Below are positions 23,323 through 30,955 of a stretch of 30,955 nt of DNA, in pieces. The stretch comes from a virus. Lineage: Duplodnaviria > Caudoviricetes. The number at the start of each line of letters is the position of its first letter. The first letter of the stretch is position 1. Both the position numbers and the translations under genes were made by a program. Under the pieces are notes generated by a model that saw only the letters and a list, made by a program, of their open reading frames with translations, made no database searches and was not told the origin of the DNA. Location: the IMG/VR virus record IMGVR_UViG_3300031519_000140, positions 1 through 30,955 of that record, one strand, 5' to 3'.

Positions 23323-23960
23323 TGAGTAATTATACTAAGTCAACTAACTTTGCTGTTAAGGATGGCCTCAGTGCAGGTACAGCAGCTAAACGAGTACGAG
23401 GTACAGAGATAGACGATGAGTACAATGCTATTGCTGTAGCTGTAGCTACTAAAGCTAACATTAACAATACAGCATTAACAGGTGTACCTACTGCTCCAAC
23501 AGCTTCGGCAGCTACTAACAGTACACAACTAGCTACTACAGCTTATGCTACTACAGCCATAGCAGCAATACCAGCAGTCACATCAGCCGTAGTTAATGCT
23601 CTGGCTTATCCTGTAGGATCCATATACACATCAGTAGTGTCTACCAATCCTAACACATTACTTGGTGTTGGTGTATGGTCAGCTATTGGGCAAGGCAGGG
23701 TACTTCTAGGTGCTGGCGGTGGATACACTGCTGGTGCTACTGGAGGTACTGCTACAGAAACATTAACAATTTCTCAGATACCTTCTCACAGTCACACTTC
23801 TGGGTGGTATGGCCCAAGGGGTGCTGATGGTCATGTAAATATATTTGCATCTAACCAGCCTAATGACGGGAGTGTAAACACTGGAAGCGCAGGAGGCGGT
23901 GCGGCTCACAATAACTTACAACCATATCTCGTAGTATATATGTGGAAGAGGACATCATAA
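23322..23960 (+). CDS. short tail fibre/needle-like structural protein
   Basis: LTGVPTAPT, YPVGSIY and HNNLQPYLVVYMWKRT motifs. Confidence 0.7.
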   Translation: MSNYTKSTNFAVKDGLSAGTAAKRVRGTEIDDEYNAIAVAVATKANINNTALTGVPTAPTASAATNSTQLATTAYATTAIAAIPAVTSAVVNALAYPVGSIYTSVVSTNPNTLLGVGVWSAIGQGRVLLGAGGGYTAGATGGTATETLTISQIPSHSHTSGWYGPRGADGHVNIFASNQPNDGSVNTGSAGGGAAHNNLQPYLVVYMWKRTS

Positions 23961-25027
23961 TGTTGAGTTTAATATCAGCAGGGTTAGGACTACTAGGTGG
24001 TTATCAGGCCCAAAGAAAATTAGGTGAAGCCCAAGATAGAATGTCTGCGGCTGGTGAAAAAGCATGGGAAAGAGGACAGTATAAACCATATGGCGTAACC
24101 TCTGGTGCTGGTACTGCTTCTTTTAATGATGGTCAAGCATCCTATTCAATGGATCCTCGTTACCGAGCGCAGCAAGAACAGATGTTTGGCTTAGGTACTT
24201 CTGCCCTAAATAGGGCTGGTGGTAGTTATGATGATCTAGCATCAGATATGTACAATCGCCAACGTGACATAGGTTCTGGCGGTAGAATGGCAGAGGCTAC
24301 CGAGTTAGGTAATCGTATGTTTGGTGCTGGCACTGGAGGTCTTAGGGTTGGAGGTGAGGCTCTAGGAGGGGCAGCAGGTTCTGGAATGATGAGTCCAGAT
24401 GGTTATGGTTTTGCTAGGGCTTTTGCACAACAAGATGCTATTGATCGTAACAACGCATTTAATCAAGCACAGCAACAAAGGGCTGCTGACATTAACCTAG
24501 GTACAGGTATGTTCAGTCAAGGTCAAGGCATGGATGCTAATGCTATGGCTATGATAGGATTAGGTGGTGATCTAGGCTCACAGCAATCAGCAGCTAATAA
24601 CAATGCTATGCAAAATTATCTTAGTGGTCAGAGTGAAGCAGCAAAATATCAAGCACGTAGAGGACAATCTATGGCTGGTACTTTAACTAACTTTGGTACT
24701 GGGTTAGGTTCTATGGGTGGAGGTGGTCAACTACCTACAGTACCAACCTCTCAATACATGGCAACGCCAACAGGACAAAATAGAATGTCAAGTTATTCAT
24801 CTATGGGAAGTGGCGGTATGTATCCTACTTATGGAAGTGGTGGCCCAAGTATTGGTGCGACAACATACGGACAGTATGGTCAAACTCCTATAGGTCAGAA
24901 TAGAATAGGAAGTTATAACGCTATGTCGTCTCCGTTAGGGCAATGGTCGCCTAGTGGAGGCAGTACAGCAGCATCGTCACCTGTTAATAATAGGTATCCT
25001 AATAATATGTATACTAACTACCGATAG
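23960..25027 (+). CDS. internal virion (ejection) protein, Gly/Ala/Met/Gln-rich
   Basis: Start moved to ATG 23960 (TAATG); composition and position typical of DNA-transfer proteins. Confidence 0.65.
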   Translation: MLSLISAGLGLLGGYQAQRKLGEAQDRMSAAGEKAWERGQYKPYGVTSGAGTASFNDGQASYSMDPRYRAQQEQMFGLGTSALNRAGGSYDDLASDMYNRQRDIGSGGRMAEATELGNRMFGAGTGGLRVGGEALGGAAGSGMMSPDGYGFARAFAQQDAIDRNNAFNQAQQQRAADINLGTGMFSQGQGMDANAMAMIGLGGDLGSQQSAANNNAMQNYLSGQSEAAKYQARRGQSMAGTLTNFGTGLGSMGGGGQLPTVPTSQYMATPTGQNRMSSYSSMGSGGMYPTYGSGGPSIGATTYGQYGQTPIGQNRIGSYNAMSSPLGQWSPSGGSTAASSPVNNRYPNNMYTNYR

Positions 25028-25036
25028 GAGAATATT

Positions 25037-25906
25037 ATGGCTAGTGATGTAATGAGTTTATTTGGTATGGATCCTAATGTGATCCAACAGAATCGTGTAC
25101 AGCAAGGTGTTGATAACGCATCTCGTATGAGTGCTGACTATGCTATTGGTGCAGCTAGTGGCGGTTTAGCTGCATCTGGTATTAATTCAGCCTTTGGTTT
25201 ACAGACCCCTGACATGGCACAGGCTGCTAGTGTACAACAAGGTATGCAAGGGGCTGACTTAACCACTGTTGCTGGCTTACGTGCGGCTGCTCAACAACTA
25301 ATGATGAATGGTGACTATCCACAGGCTATGGCATTACATGCACAGGCTAGGGACATGGAGGCTTTAGAGAATAAAGCACCAAGCGTATCAAGTCAGAAGA
25401 CTTACATGACACCAGATGGTAAAGAATTAGTAGGCTATGTAGTGGATGGTGTACCTTCCTATCGTAAGGATGGATCATGGATTCCTCTACCTGATGGGTC
25501 TACAATAAAAGATACCAGTGGCATTAATCCTTTTAATATAACTGGAACTAATATTGATGAGGCTCTTGTTGAAATGGATAGGATTGGTATTGACTTAAGT
25601 AGAAAAGATAAAAACTCTGCTGCTAGGTGGATTGCTAATCGGAGTGAATCATTACAACGTGATAATAAAATGAGACCTAATGATGCACTGGCTGAGGCAA
25701 CGCGTGAGGCACAGGCTAATTATATAACAGATGGTGGATGGTTTGGACTAGCTGATGATGATTGGAATCCTCCTACTGCTGATGCCCCTGCTTCACAGTC
25801 TTCTGCTGCTGGTACAGTACCTGCTGGATATGAAGTTATTACTTATAATGGTAAGCAATATGCTAGACATAAAACAGATAAGACTAAGCCAATAATTACG
25901 CTGTAA
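25037..25906 (+). CDS. internal virion protein (289 aa)
   Basis: AGGAGA RBS; position in ejection-protein block. Confidence 0.6.
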   Translation: MASDVMSLFGMDPNVIQQNRVQQGVDNASRMSADYAIGAASGGLAASGINSAFGLQTPDMAQAASVQQGMQGADLTTVAGLRAAAQQLMMNGDYPQAMALHAQARDMEALENKAPSVSSQKTYMTPDGKELVGYVVDGVPSYRKDGSWIPLPDGSTIKDTSGINPFNITGTNIDEALVEMDRIGIDLSRKDKNSAARWIANRSESLQRDNKMRPNDALAEATREAQANYITDGGWFGLADDDWNPPTADAPASQSSAAGTVPAGYEVITYNGKQYARHKTDKTKPIITL

Positions 25907-25917
25907 GGAGAACATAC

Positions 25918-28608
25918 ATGGCGACTCCTACATGGGATGAACTATCACAAAATACTACAGCCTCTGTTGCTCCTACATGGGATGAACTATCACAGGATAT
26001 GTCACCACCTGTAGAGCAAGAGCAAGATACATCCTTTGGTAAAGGTTTTGTTGAAGGTGAAAGCTGGACTCAACAGGCAGGTGATATTATGGGTGCTGTT
26101 ACTGGCATTCGACCTGAGATTACCTATCGTGATGAGGATGGTTACGGGCTAGGTTACAAATCAACAGAAGAAATATATGGTGAAGGATTTGCTGATGCTT
26201 CTTTTGATGAAAGACGTAAGATGATAACAGATGAAAGGGCGCGTAAGATAGAAGAAGATTATGGTGACGTTGAAGGGAGTACGTTTGGTAATATTGCAGG
26301 TATGTTGTTTGATCCCACAACTGCTCTACCTGTAGGTGCTACCTACAAAGGCATGGCTGCTATTGGCGGTGCTATAGGAGGCACTTACTCAGTCACAGAC
26401 CAGTTACTTAACAAGGGTTCTGTTGATCCAGTAGAAGCAGGACTACACTCTGTTGCTGGTGCTGTACTGGCTCCTGTTGGTGGGTATGTGTTCAATAAAG
26501 TAGGGGCAAAGCTATCTTCTAGGGCTGCTGTTAAAGGTGCTAACAAAGCAATAGACGATGTAGATACTTATGTCTCACATCACATATCTCTTGGTGCTAC
26601 ACAAGCAGAAGCTAAAATAATTGCTCTTGAACGTACAGGATTAACTGCTGAGGATGTCCTTAAAGCAGAAGGGTTAGCTAATAGAACAGTAAAAACTCCT
26701 ACACTAGAAGAGTCAGTTCAATTGCAAGAGGCTGGTGCTAAAGTTAAAGCTACCAGTGATTGGTTTGAAGGTATCTCTTCTCGTATAAAAGAACACTCAC
26801 CAAAGATATGGCAAGTGCTTAGATCATTTGAAGAGAAGCAAGCTGTTGCGTTATCCACAAGAAAGAAAGAGTACATTGATCCTTTTGTAAAATCATTGCA
26901 AGGGTATAGTAAGTCAGAGTTGGTTCCTATACACAACCACTTAATGAATAGGAATTTTAAAGCTGCTACAGAACTAATGACTAAGGGTGGTAAAGCTGAG
27001 TTAGCAAAACTAAATAAGATGATGAAAGCTGATGGTAAAAAGTTTGAGAAGATAGTAGGTAATAACTACAAAGCCCTTACTAATTACTTCCCTCGTAAGG
27101 TTAAAGATTTAGATGGTCTACGTGCTGAGTTAGGTAGAAAAAATCCAGCAGCTTTGTCAGGTCTGAACAAGAGAATAGAAGAGATACGGGTGAAGGAAGG
27201 TGTCGAGACTATTCAAGAAATATCTGAACGTGGAATGACTGAGGCTGTTACAAAAGCAGCTAACATAGCCTACCCTAGAGTTCTAGGTGGTGCTAAGGCT
27301 AAACGTACTGTTGACGAAGTTCCCCCAGAGTTAATGAAATACTATGAAGACCCTGCTACTTCTCTACTATCGTATGTTGAGTCTTCAACTAGGGCTTTTG
27401 GTAAGACTGAACTATTGGGTAAAGGTCTTGTACAAAAGAAAAGTGATCCAGCCGCTAAGTTTTACAAGGTACTAGGGGAAGAGAGGAAGAGAGGGCGAAT
27501 AAGTGATACACAGGTTGATGATATTAATGCGTTAGTTCGGTCTAGGTTCACTACGGGTGAGCAAGCTATGAACTCTACTCTTAGTACAGTTAAAGATATA
27601 GGGTACATGGCTACACTAGGCCAGCTAAGGTCAGCAGCTACTCAGATAAAAGACTTAGGTACATCAGCTTACTTGCATGGGATAATGCCTACTATCAAAG
27701 GGGCTTTGTCTGTAAGGAGTAACATACTTGATAAGACAGGTCTTGCAGATACTGTGTCAGCAGAGATGGCAACCAACAGAGGTACTGCCAAGGTACTTAA
27801 CTCAGTTCTTAAGCTAAGTATGTTCCGCGCTGTTGATAGGTTCGGTAAGCGTACATTACTTGAAGCCTCTAGGATTAAGGGTACTAAGTTAGCCTCTTCA
27901 CCTAAAGGCGTTGCTGTGCTTAGAAAGAAGTATGGTGAGGCTTATGGTAAAGACTTTGATAATTTAGTTACCAGTTTAAAGAATGGTACTGATGATGAGT
28001 TAACAACCTTGTATAGGTTCCATGAACTTGCTGATACACAGCCCATCTCATTACTTGAAATGCCTAAAAGATATTTAGATATGCCTGATGGTAGAATAAT
28101 CTTTGCTCTTAAGTCATTTGGTCTTAAGCAGTTAACTCTCTTGCATAACGATGTAATTAAAAGAGGTAAGGCTGGTGACAAGAAGGGTGCTGCTCTCGCT
28201 TTAACTAAGTACGCTGCTATGATAGGTGTTGCTGGTGGCACAGTCGATGAAGCTAAGGAGGTTATGGCTGGTGGATCATTTGATATTGAAGAGATTCCTG
28301 ATAAGGTACAAGATAACCTACTAGCATTAATCTTCTTAAGTAAGTTTGCTATTGGTGATCTAGGTAAGGGAGATTTCAGTTCTGTTATAGGCGATATAGT
28401 AACTCCCTCACTCGCACCTGTTGAGGCTGGTGTTAAAGATTACAAGCGGTATAAGGATGGTGTACCAATAGGGGAGAGTGAGCAGCCTGTTAACTTAATC
28501 AAGACGTTCCCAGTTATAGGTAGGATTATTTATGATTTTGCTTTAGGTGGTAAGGAGAAGGATGCAGAAAGGAAACAAGATGAGTACATGGAAAGGTTAA
28601 GGGAGTAA
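25918..28608 (+). CDS. large internal virion protein (896 aa)
   Basis: Last and largest late gene; AAGGAG RBS; Gly-rich hydrophobic segments; NYFPR motif. Confidence 0.65.
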   Translation: MATPTWDELSQNTTASVAPTWDELSQDMSPPVEQEQDTSFGKGFVEGESWTQQAGDIMGAVTGIRPEITYRDEDGYGLGYKSTEEIYGEGFADASFDERRKMITDERARKIEEDYGDVEGSTFGNIAGMLFDPTTALPVGATYKGMAAIGGAIGGTYSVTDQLLNKGSVDPVEAGLHSVAGAVLAPVGGYVFNKVGAKLSSRAAVKGANKAIDDVDTYVSHHISLGATQAEAKIIALERTGLTAEDVLKAEGLANRTVKTPTLEESVQLQEAGAKVKATSDWFEGISSRIKEHSPKIWQVLRSFEEKQAVALSTRKKEYIDPFVKSLQGYSKSELVPIHNHLMNRNFKAATELMTKGGKAELAKLNKMMKADGKKFEKIVGNNYKALTNYFPRKVKDLDGLRAELGRKNPAALSGLNKRIEEIRVKEGVETIQEISERGMTEAVTKAANIAYPRVLGGAKAKRTVDEVPPELMKYYEDPATSLLSYVESSTRAFGKTELLGKGLVQKKSDPAAKFYKVLGEERKRGRISDTQVDDINALVRSRFTTGEQAMNSTLSTVKDIGYMATLGQLRSAATQIKDLGTSAYLHGIMPTIKGALSVRSNILDKTGLADTVSAEMATNRGTAKVLNSVLKLSMFRAVDRFGKRTLLEASRIKGTKLASSPKGVAVLRKKYGEAYGKDFDNLVTSLKNGTDDELTTLYRFHELADTQPISLLEMPKRYLDMPDGRIIFALKSFGLKQLTLLHNDVIKRGKAGDKKGAALALTKYAAMIGVAGGTVDEAKEVMAGGSFDIEEIPDKVQDNLLALIFLSKFAIGDLGKGDFSSVIGDIVTPSLAPVEAGVKDYKRYKDGVPIGESEQPVNLIKTFPVIGRIIYDFALGGKEKDAERKQDEYMERLRE

Positions 28609-28614
28609 TAAATA

Positions 28615-28634
28615 AGGGGGCTTAGTTGCCCCCT
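28615..28634. terminator. terminator hairpin at the convergence of the two arms
   Basis: AGGGGGC-TTAGTT-GCCCCCT between convergent stops 28608 and 28645; U-rich tail on the minus strand. Confidence 0.8.
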
Positions 28635-28637
28635 ATA

Positions 28638-28656
28638 AAGTTTCCTAGGAAACATT
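28638..28656 (+). repeat. palindrome repeat copy 8 (inverted relative to copies 1-7)
   Basis: AAGTTTCCTAGGAAACATT on the + strand; supplies TAG of 28645..28830 (...NVS*). Confidence 0.95.
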
Positions 28657-28830
28657 CTTACCTTTCGCTTTGAGTGGAGGCAGACCTTTAACACTTCTCA
28701 TGATAGTAGCCAATGCAGATGCAGTTACCTGTACTGTCCTACCACTAGATAGTGATATACTTCTAGCCTCTTCATCAACGAATACTACTTGGTTCATATT
28801 CAACCAATGAGTGTTTAGCTTTACCCACAT
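28645..28830 (-). CDS. hypothetical protein (61 aa)
   Basis: GGAGGG RBS; last gene of the minus arm. Confidence 0.7.
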   Translation of the reverse strand: MWVKLNTHWLNMNQVVFVDEEARSISLSSGRTVQVTASALATIMRSVKGLPPLKAKGKNVS

Positions 28831-29090
28831 TTTCCCTCCAACTCAAACTCTATTAGCATATCAATACAGTGCTTGGCCTTAGCCAGATCCTGTAATGGTG
28901 TACCCTTATCCAGATAACGAGTCACATACTTAATGGTTGTATGCTGTAGTGCGTTCAACTCGTTAGCCATAGAATACTGCATAGGCTGTATAGCTAGTCG
29001 AGTGTAATGACTACCACCCACTTGAGTTTCACTGGCTAACTTCTCAAAGTCAAACAAAGGTTCTATCCTATCTTCAATCATAACTGTCAT
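28821..29090 (-). CDS. DUF3310 / T7 gp1.7-like nucleotide kinase family protein
   Basis: QVGGSHY...IQP...KYVTRY..KG..QDLAKA motif. Confidence 0.8.
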   Translation of the reverse strand: MTVMIEDRIEPLFDFEKLASETQVGGSHYTRLAIQPMQYSMANELNALQHTTIKYVTRYLDKGTPLQDLAKAKHCIDMLIEFELEGKCG

Positions 29091-29256
29091 ACCTGTATGG
29101 TTCTTCTAGTTGCATCTCTAGGTTGTAGAAGTTTCTTTCGATAACATCCCCGAACCTATTAACTATATCCTCAGATTCTAATTGCAGTACATCAACAAGG
29201 ATAACCTCATCCAACTGCTTCAAGCGACCTTTCAACTCTTCCAAAGTTAGAGCCAT
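29074..29256 (-). CDS. hypothetical protein (60 aa)
   Basis: Start moved to ATG 29256 (MALTLEELK) after GGAGG RBS. Confidence 0.7.
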   Translation of the reverse strand: MALTLEELKGRLKQLDEVILVDVLQLESEDIVNRFGDVIERNFYNLEMQLEEPYRYDSYD

Positions 29257-30004
29257 AAGTCCTCCGTAGATACGCCATTGATACAGGCAACTCATCAAAG
29301 CTACCATCGTGTACATCATTGAACACCCATAGACCAGACCATGATCCGTTAGTCTGAGGGTTAAGGTATGCCTCGTCATGTTGATAGTAGATACCAGCAA
29401 ACAGACCTGTCATATTTAAACCATCAGCCCTACGTGCATAGGCTATGTCTCTATCTTGAACATGTCCCATGACACAACTCATGTACTTCTTCTGTAGCAG
29501 TAGCTTGGCAGAAGACACTGGCCTACCCATAACACCAGAGGTAAAGTAGTGACAGTATGCCACACCATCTATGACGATAGGGTCTAGGAAGTCTTGCACC
29601 TCCCATCCTTTAAGATCAAGATCAGCAAAGCTAATCAGACCATCCAGCTTTGAGTCGTGTTCAACAGCACGTTCAATACGATACTCATGGTTGCCTAGTA
29701 AGAACACTAAGCGAGGATTCCATTGCTTCTTCTTTCCATTCTTAAGACGTAACTGTTCTCGTTTGATAGGTGCTAAGAACATCTTCATTGCTTCATTACC
29801 TGCTGCAATGTCCTTAGTGTACCGCCTACCTTCAAAACTCTTAGTCCCTACATCATAGCTGCTAAGACTTGGCATGTCCCAATGATCACCTAGATGTACG
29901 ATCACATCAGGTTTCATCTTAACTGCATAGTGTCCAGCCCATGTCATATGGTCATAGTTAGCATCAGGTTTGATCTGAGTATCTGGTATAATTAGATGTC
30001 TCAT
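29207..30004 (-). CDS. calcineurin-like metallophosphoesterase
   Basis: PDTQ, HLGDHWD, LGNHE and GHVQ motifs. Confidence 0.85.
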   Translation of the reverse strand: MRHLIIPDTQIKPDANYDHMTWAGHYAVKMKPDVIVHLGDHWDMPSLSSYDVGTKSFEGRRYTKDIAAGNEAMKMFLAPIKREQLRLKNGKKKQWNPRLVFLLGNHEYRIERAVEHDSKLDGLISFADLDLKGWEVQDFLDPIVIDGVAYCHYFTSGVMGRPVSSAKLLLQKKYMSCVMGHVQDRDIAYARRADGLNMTGLFAGIYYQHDEAYLNPQTNGSWSGLWVFNDVHDGSFDELPVSMAYLRRTYGSNFGRVERSLEAVG

Positions 30005-30399
30005 TTCTTCTTCCTTTTAGTTCGTTCTTCTCGTTCATCACGGGTCTTAGTTCCATGACAAACATAACATAGAATCTGGTATCCATCTTCCTCTAAGAAC
30101 ATCCTAGAGATGTATGTATTCCAATCTATGAATCCTTGTGAAGGATCGACAACAGGGTCAATGTGATCAACAGCAGCATTATTCCTACGTCTTGACTGAC
30201 CCCTAAGAGGTGGCAAAGTAGCAGGGCCAACAGTGCCACAACCAGCACATAAGTACCTCCCAGTAGAAACTCTAGCAGATTTTTTAACATCAGCTTTGAC
30301 ACCCCATTTACTGTGCGCTCCACGTAGAGCAGAGATTATGAAAGACTTGTGTCTAGCTTCTGTCCATCGTCCGTTGTTACGGGTCTTGGCGGTTGCCAT
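30001..30399 (-). CDS. HNH endonuclease-like protein
   Basis: CAGC...VDHIDPVV...QILCYVCHGTKT. Confidence 0.8.
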   Translation of the reverse strand: MATAKTRNNGRWTEARHKSFIISALRGAHSKWGVKADVKKSARVSTGRYLCAGCGTVGPATLPPLRGQSRRRNNAAVDHIDPVVDPSQGFIDWNTYISRMFLEEDGYQILCYVCHGTKTRDEREERTKRKKK

Positions 30400-30955
30400 A
30401 TCTCATCTTCCTCTCTGCGTAGGTGCAGTAGTATTCCATTTTCAATCGCACGTTCTTCACTGCCTAGTTCTTCAACACAGGTGTCGTACATTTCTAACTC
30501 AGTCTTACCTTCCAATAGCTTTGCAGCTTTCTTAGGGCCAACGCCATACACACCTTTGATGTTGTCAGCAGTATCACCTACTAGGAATTGCATATAGAAA
30601 TTATACACAGCCTCCTCCTTGGTAATGTAAAAGAGTTCCTTCTTAACGAAGTTGTAATGTCCACACACAAGCTGATAGAAGTCCTTGTCTAGTGAAATGA
30701 TTATTGCTTCTGGGTTCTGTGTTGCTCTGATAGCAATCCTATCATCTGTCTCTTCACCTTGAGTAACGACTGCACCATGCTCCTCTACTAGGTAGTCCCG
30801 TAGAGCAGCAATGTGCGTAGGTTTATTACTTGACTTTCTATTACCCTTATACTCAGCAGTAACAGCATAGTCATGACGGAAGTTATCTGGGCCAGTTAGG
30901 TACAGTTCAACTTCATGTTCCTCATCGTCAGAGTCCATCACTAAATCTTCAATGA
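30336..30955 (-). CDS. 5'-3' exonuclease (T7 gp6-like), N-terminus beyond right edge
   Basis: YKGNR, ETDD, SLDKD and GDTADNIKGVYGVGPKKA motifs; frame open to the window end. Confidence 0.9.
   Translation of the reverse strand, partial: IEDLVMDSDDEEHEVELYLTGPDNFRHDYAVTAEYKGNRKSSNKPTHIAALRDYLVEEHGAVVTQGEETDDRIAIRATQNPEAIIISLDKDFYQLVCGHYNFVKKELFYITKEEAVYNFYMQFLVGDTADNIKGVYGVGPKKAAKLLEGKTELEMYDTCVEELGSEERAIENGILLHLRREEDEIWQPPRPVTTDDGQKLDTSLS

Noticed and set aside
7405-28241. Minus-strand and alternate-frame ORFs within structural genes (e.g. 8477, 14454, 14503, 17124, 27942)
   Set aside because: They overlap well-supported genes; many arise from repetitive codon usage.
29571-30597. Plus-strand ORFs at the right end
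   Set aside because: Antisense to phosphoesterase, HNH and exonuclease genes.
1-30955. Stop-codon reassignment, tRNAs, integrase
   Set aside because: Core genes are intact in the standard code and TAG is used as a real stop; no tRNA fold or recombinase motif was recognised by eye.

Overview
A lytic, T7-supergroup-like podovirus genome segment that probably infects a marine proteobacterium. It resembles the Zobellviridae/cobavirus plan: two oppositely oriented arms and no phage RNA polymerase visible. The minus-strand early/replication arm starts at about 5489, runs through many small genes into a primase-helicase that leaves the left edge, and re-enters at the right edge (exonuclease, HNH, phosphoesterase, DUF3310) to end at a convergent terminator near 28625. 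The plus-strand arm (6525-28608) holds terminase, a transglycosylase-LysM protein, portal, scaffold, capsid, two tail fibres, small basic and membrane proteins, tail tube proteins and internal virion proteins. The two most striking signals are non-coding. (1) The early arm is headed by a glnAp1/glnAp2-like control region with two consensus sigma54 (-24/-12) promoters, three NtrC-type boxes and an abutting sigma70 promoter, which suggests early expression is tied to host nitrogen status. (2) A 14-bp perfect palindrome GTTTCCTAGGAAAC (19-bp core) occurs 8 times. It punctuates early gene junctions, supplies stop codons, precedes the RBS, sits inside one CDS and marks the far end of the arm in inverted orientation; it resembles parS/Noc sites. 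Family assignments are from motif recognition only; no searches were run.
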